DNA from: Balanoglossus misakiensis
Lineage: Eukaryota > Animalia > Hemichordata
NCBI GenBank assembly: GCA_040954595.2
Contig: CM082584.2
Coordinates: 9,567,061-9,631,060, forward strand
DNA length: 64,000 nucleotides
Direction: 5' to 3'
Position numbers and translations under genes: made by a program. Positions 62,012 through 64,000 of this stretch are shown here, piece by piece. Within the stretch, counting starts at the first letter, position 1, and the number at the start of each line of letters is the position of its first letter. Under the pieces are notes generated by a model that saw nothing but the letters and a program-made list of their open reading frames with translations, was not told the DNA's origin and ran no database searches.

Positions 62012-64000
62012 AACAAAGTGCACGTAAAACATCTTAATCGCTCGCGTTGTCATTTGTAAATGATTGTACATTTATGTTTGTGTATATTGTATTTTCTGGC
62101 GCGTAAGTGTGAATAAATGTCCCACAAACAACCGCCACACATACAGAAGACCAAAACCTGTGCCAACATAAACAGCTCACAATCAACACTGGAGGGTCTA
62201 TTATTCTCACAGCGGTCAAAAGAGGCAGTGATATTGACCGGCTCTGTCCAGGCTGAAGCGGTCAATTCGGCCAACACCTCACCTTGACTGACGCACCAAC
62301 ACATGGTCCATTCTCGGCTATAAAACCATAATCACTGCACAAACATTAGTCGAATTCTTGCAAGAGAAAAAAACACATATGTTCACAAGGGACCCTTTTT
62401 GTTGCCTTCTGCGCTATATTTGTGTTTTGCGTGTACGGCATACTTGAACACAATGGGAGCAAAGTGGGCCCTACAAGAGAAGCCAACAAAAGAAACAGTG
62501 AAAATTCCGGCACCGCTCGCTTATTTCAACGGCCTGTGTATGGGGAGTGCCAGCGTGGCTGTCAAGAGGTGAAAAATTACTGTGCATTATCACCCCCAAG
62601 GATGGTTTAGATTCTGGCATTTCGGAATGCACACCTGCACAGTTTACCCAATAACCCGTTGATCGTACACCGGCGTCCCCGTTCACTTTTCCCATGACGG
62701 CAAAAGAGCACGTGACAAACAAACAAAACTCCTTGATCTAGAAAATAATGGACAATCGAGTCTGTTCACCCAAAAACCGATTTCTCAACGACAGGAACAG
62801 ATGAATCGTTCACGGAAACAACTAGATTCTTTACGTCTCGCACGGGTCTGGAAAGTTCATGCAATTGGGACACACATTTCATACGAAATCTATTCATACG
62901 TCTTGTATTCACCAGAACAAAATCAGTAATATGAAGACTTTCGAAGTGGCGTCCCACAAGCTAGGGTTGCGTGTTTTTAATGACAACAAGGCAAAATTAA
63001 CCTGGCCTACAAATCAACCGTGTGTTCCTCCAAAACTCGATAATGAAGCACGGTGTTTTATAGAAATACGCGCGGAACGCAAACGTAAGCTGACTCCTGA
63101 CAGGTACTGATGAAAACGCATTACTGTCTTGGAATTTTTCGCGTGTGCTGTGAATGTGAAGCACGCTTGATTGATCGCCGTGGGGAACGCCGGCGACACT
63201 GCTATGTCAATGAGTCTCTATTTGAAAAATGCACGCCACGTCAAGACCTCATCGTCGCTTCGGGATCCTATTATATCGCTAGTTAGCGAGATATTGTCAA
63301 GAAATTGACTTTATACCCTCGTGACATGACCGCGAAATCAAAGATGGTGGTCACACAAGATTGACAATGTCAACTATGTTGTCCTCGTGACTGACGAACA
63401 CCGTAGGGCCAATTAATATAAACAATGTATTTGAAGAAATTACCGATTATGATACGTCAAGCCCAAAATAGATCAGTTCCAATAACGCGCTTGCGTTTGG
63501 ATAAATCTATCGGTTTCAGAATCCTTTTACCCAGTGAAACGGAAAAAAACGCCCAAAATTTCACGTATCAACTTCAGTGCCGGGCGTCTCGCTTATTTAT
63601 CGATTTTTACCCCGCTCACTTCAATTTCCTCCACTGGAGACCATGCACAGACTGCCCGCTACGAGTCATCATAGAAATAACGTGATTAATTTTCCATGTT
63701 GCGACTAACACAGTCAAGAATATATAGGTCGTGTTTCCCGGTGTTTGCATTCGACGGTGTAATGCGGAATGCAGCGCAAATAAAAACGTCGACAGTTGGT
63801 TTGGATTGTGTGATTTCCCAATGTCACCTCTGCACTCCGTACCGGCACGCCACTGAACATACTGAGTGTATGTCACGTGATGACCATATTTAGTTCTTTT
63901 CTCGGCCTCACTGAGCAATGCCTTATGTCATAAATATTTTTAAATGATCTTTAAAGGACGAAAAGAATGATAATCAACGCAAGAGCAAATTGCAAGTGAA

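Noticed and set aside
59500-64000. Short ORFs upstream of the kinesin gene as a fourth gene or transposon
   Set aside because: I recognised no domain and found no consistent chain of phase-compatible exons; ORF lengths are within chance expectation. A BLASTX search would settle it.

Overview
Eukaryotic (animal) genomic DNA; gene content and intron density suggest an invertebrate deuterostome, which is an inference only. Three intact, spliced protein-coding genes lie in tandem on the minus strand. I reconstructed each by hand with GT-AG boundaries and consistent exon phases: a kinesin-13 KIF2A-like gene (17 exons, 696 aa, 57713->47554), a thimet oligopeptidase/neurolysin M3 peptidase (15 exons, 668 aa, 44797->29210) and an arylsulfatase B-like gene (7 exons, 502 aa, 27198->2462). 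The dominant oddity is a ~21 kb array of ~240 near-identical 87-bp monomers (2931-23880) filling the last intron of the arylsulfatase gene. An inverted, diverged monomer caps it next to the 3' splice site, and a diverged ~90-bp monomer type caps it next to the 5' splice site. The long 29-aa repeat ORFs in the track are most likely a by-product of this satellite. I found no rRNA, tRNA, CRISPR array or transposase. I cannot show a new biological system from sequence alone; the intronic satellite and its inverted end is the best candidate for follow-up.
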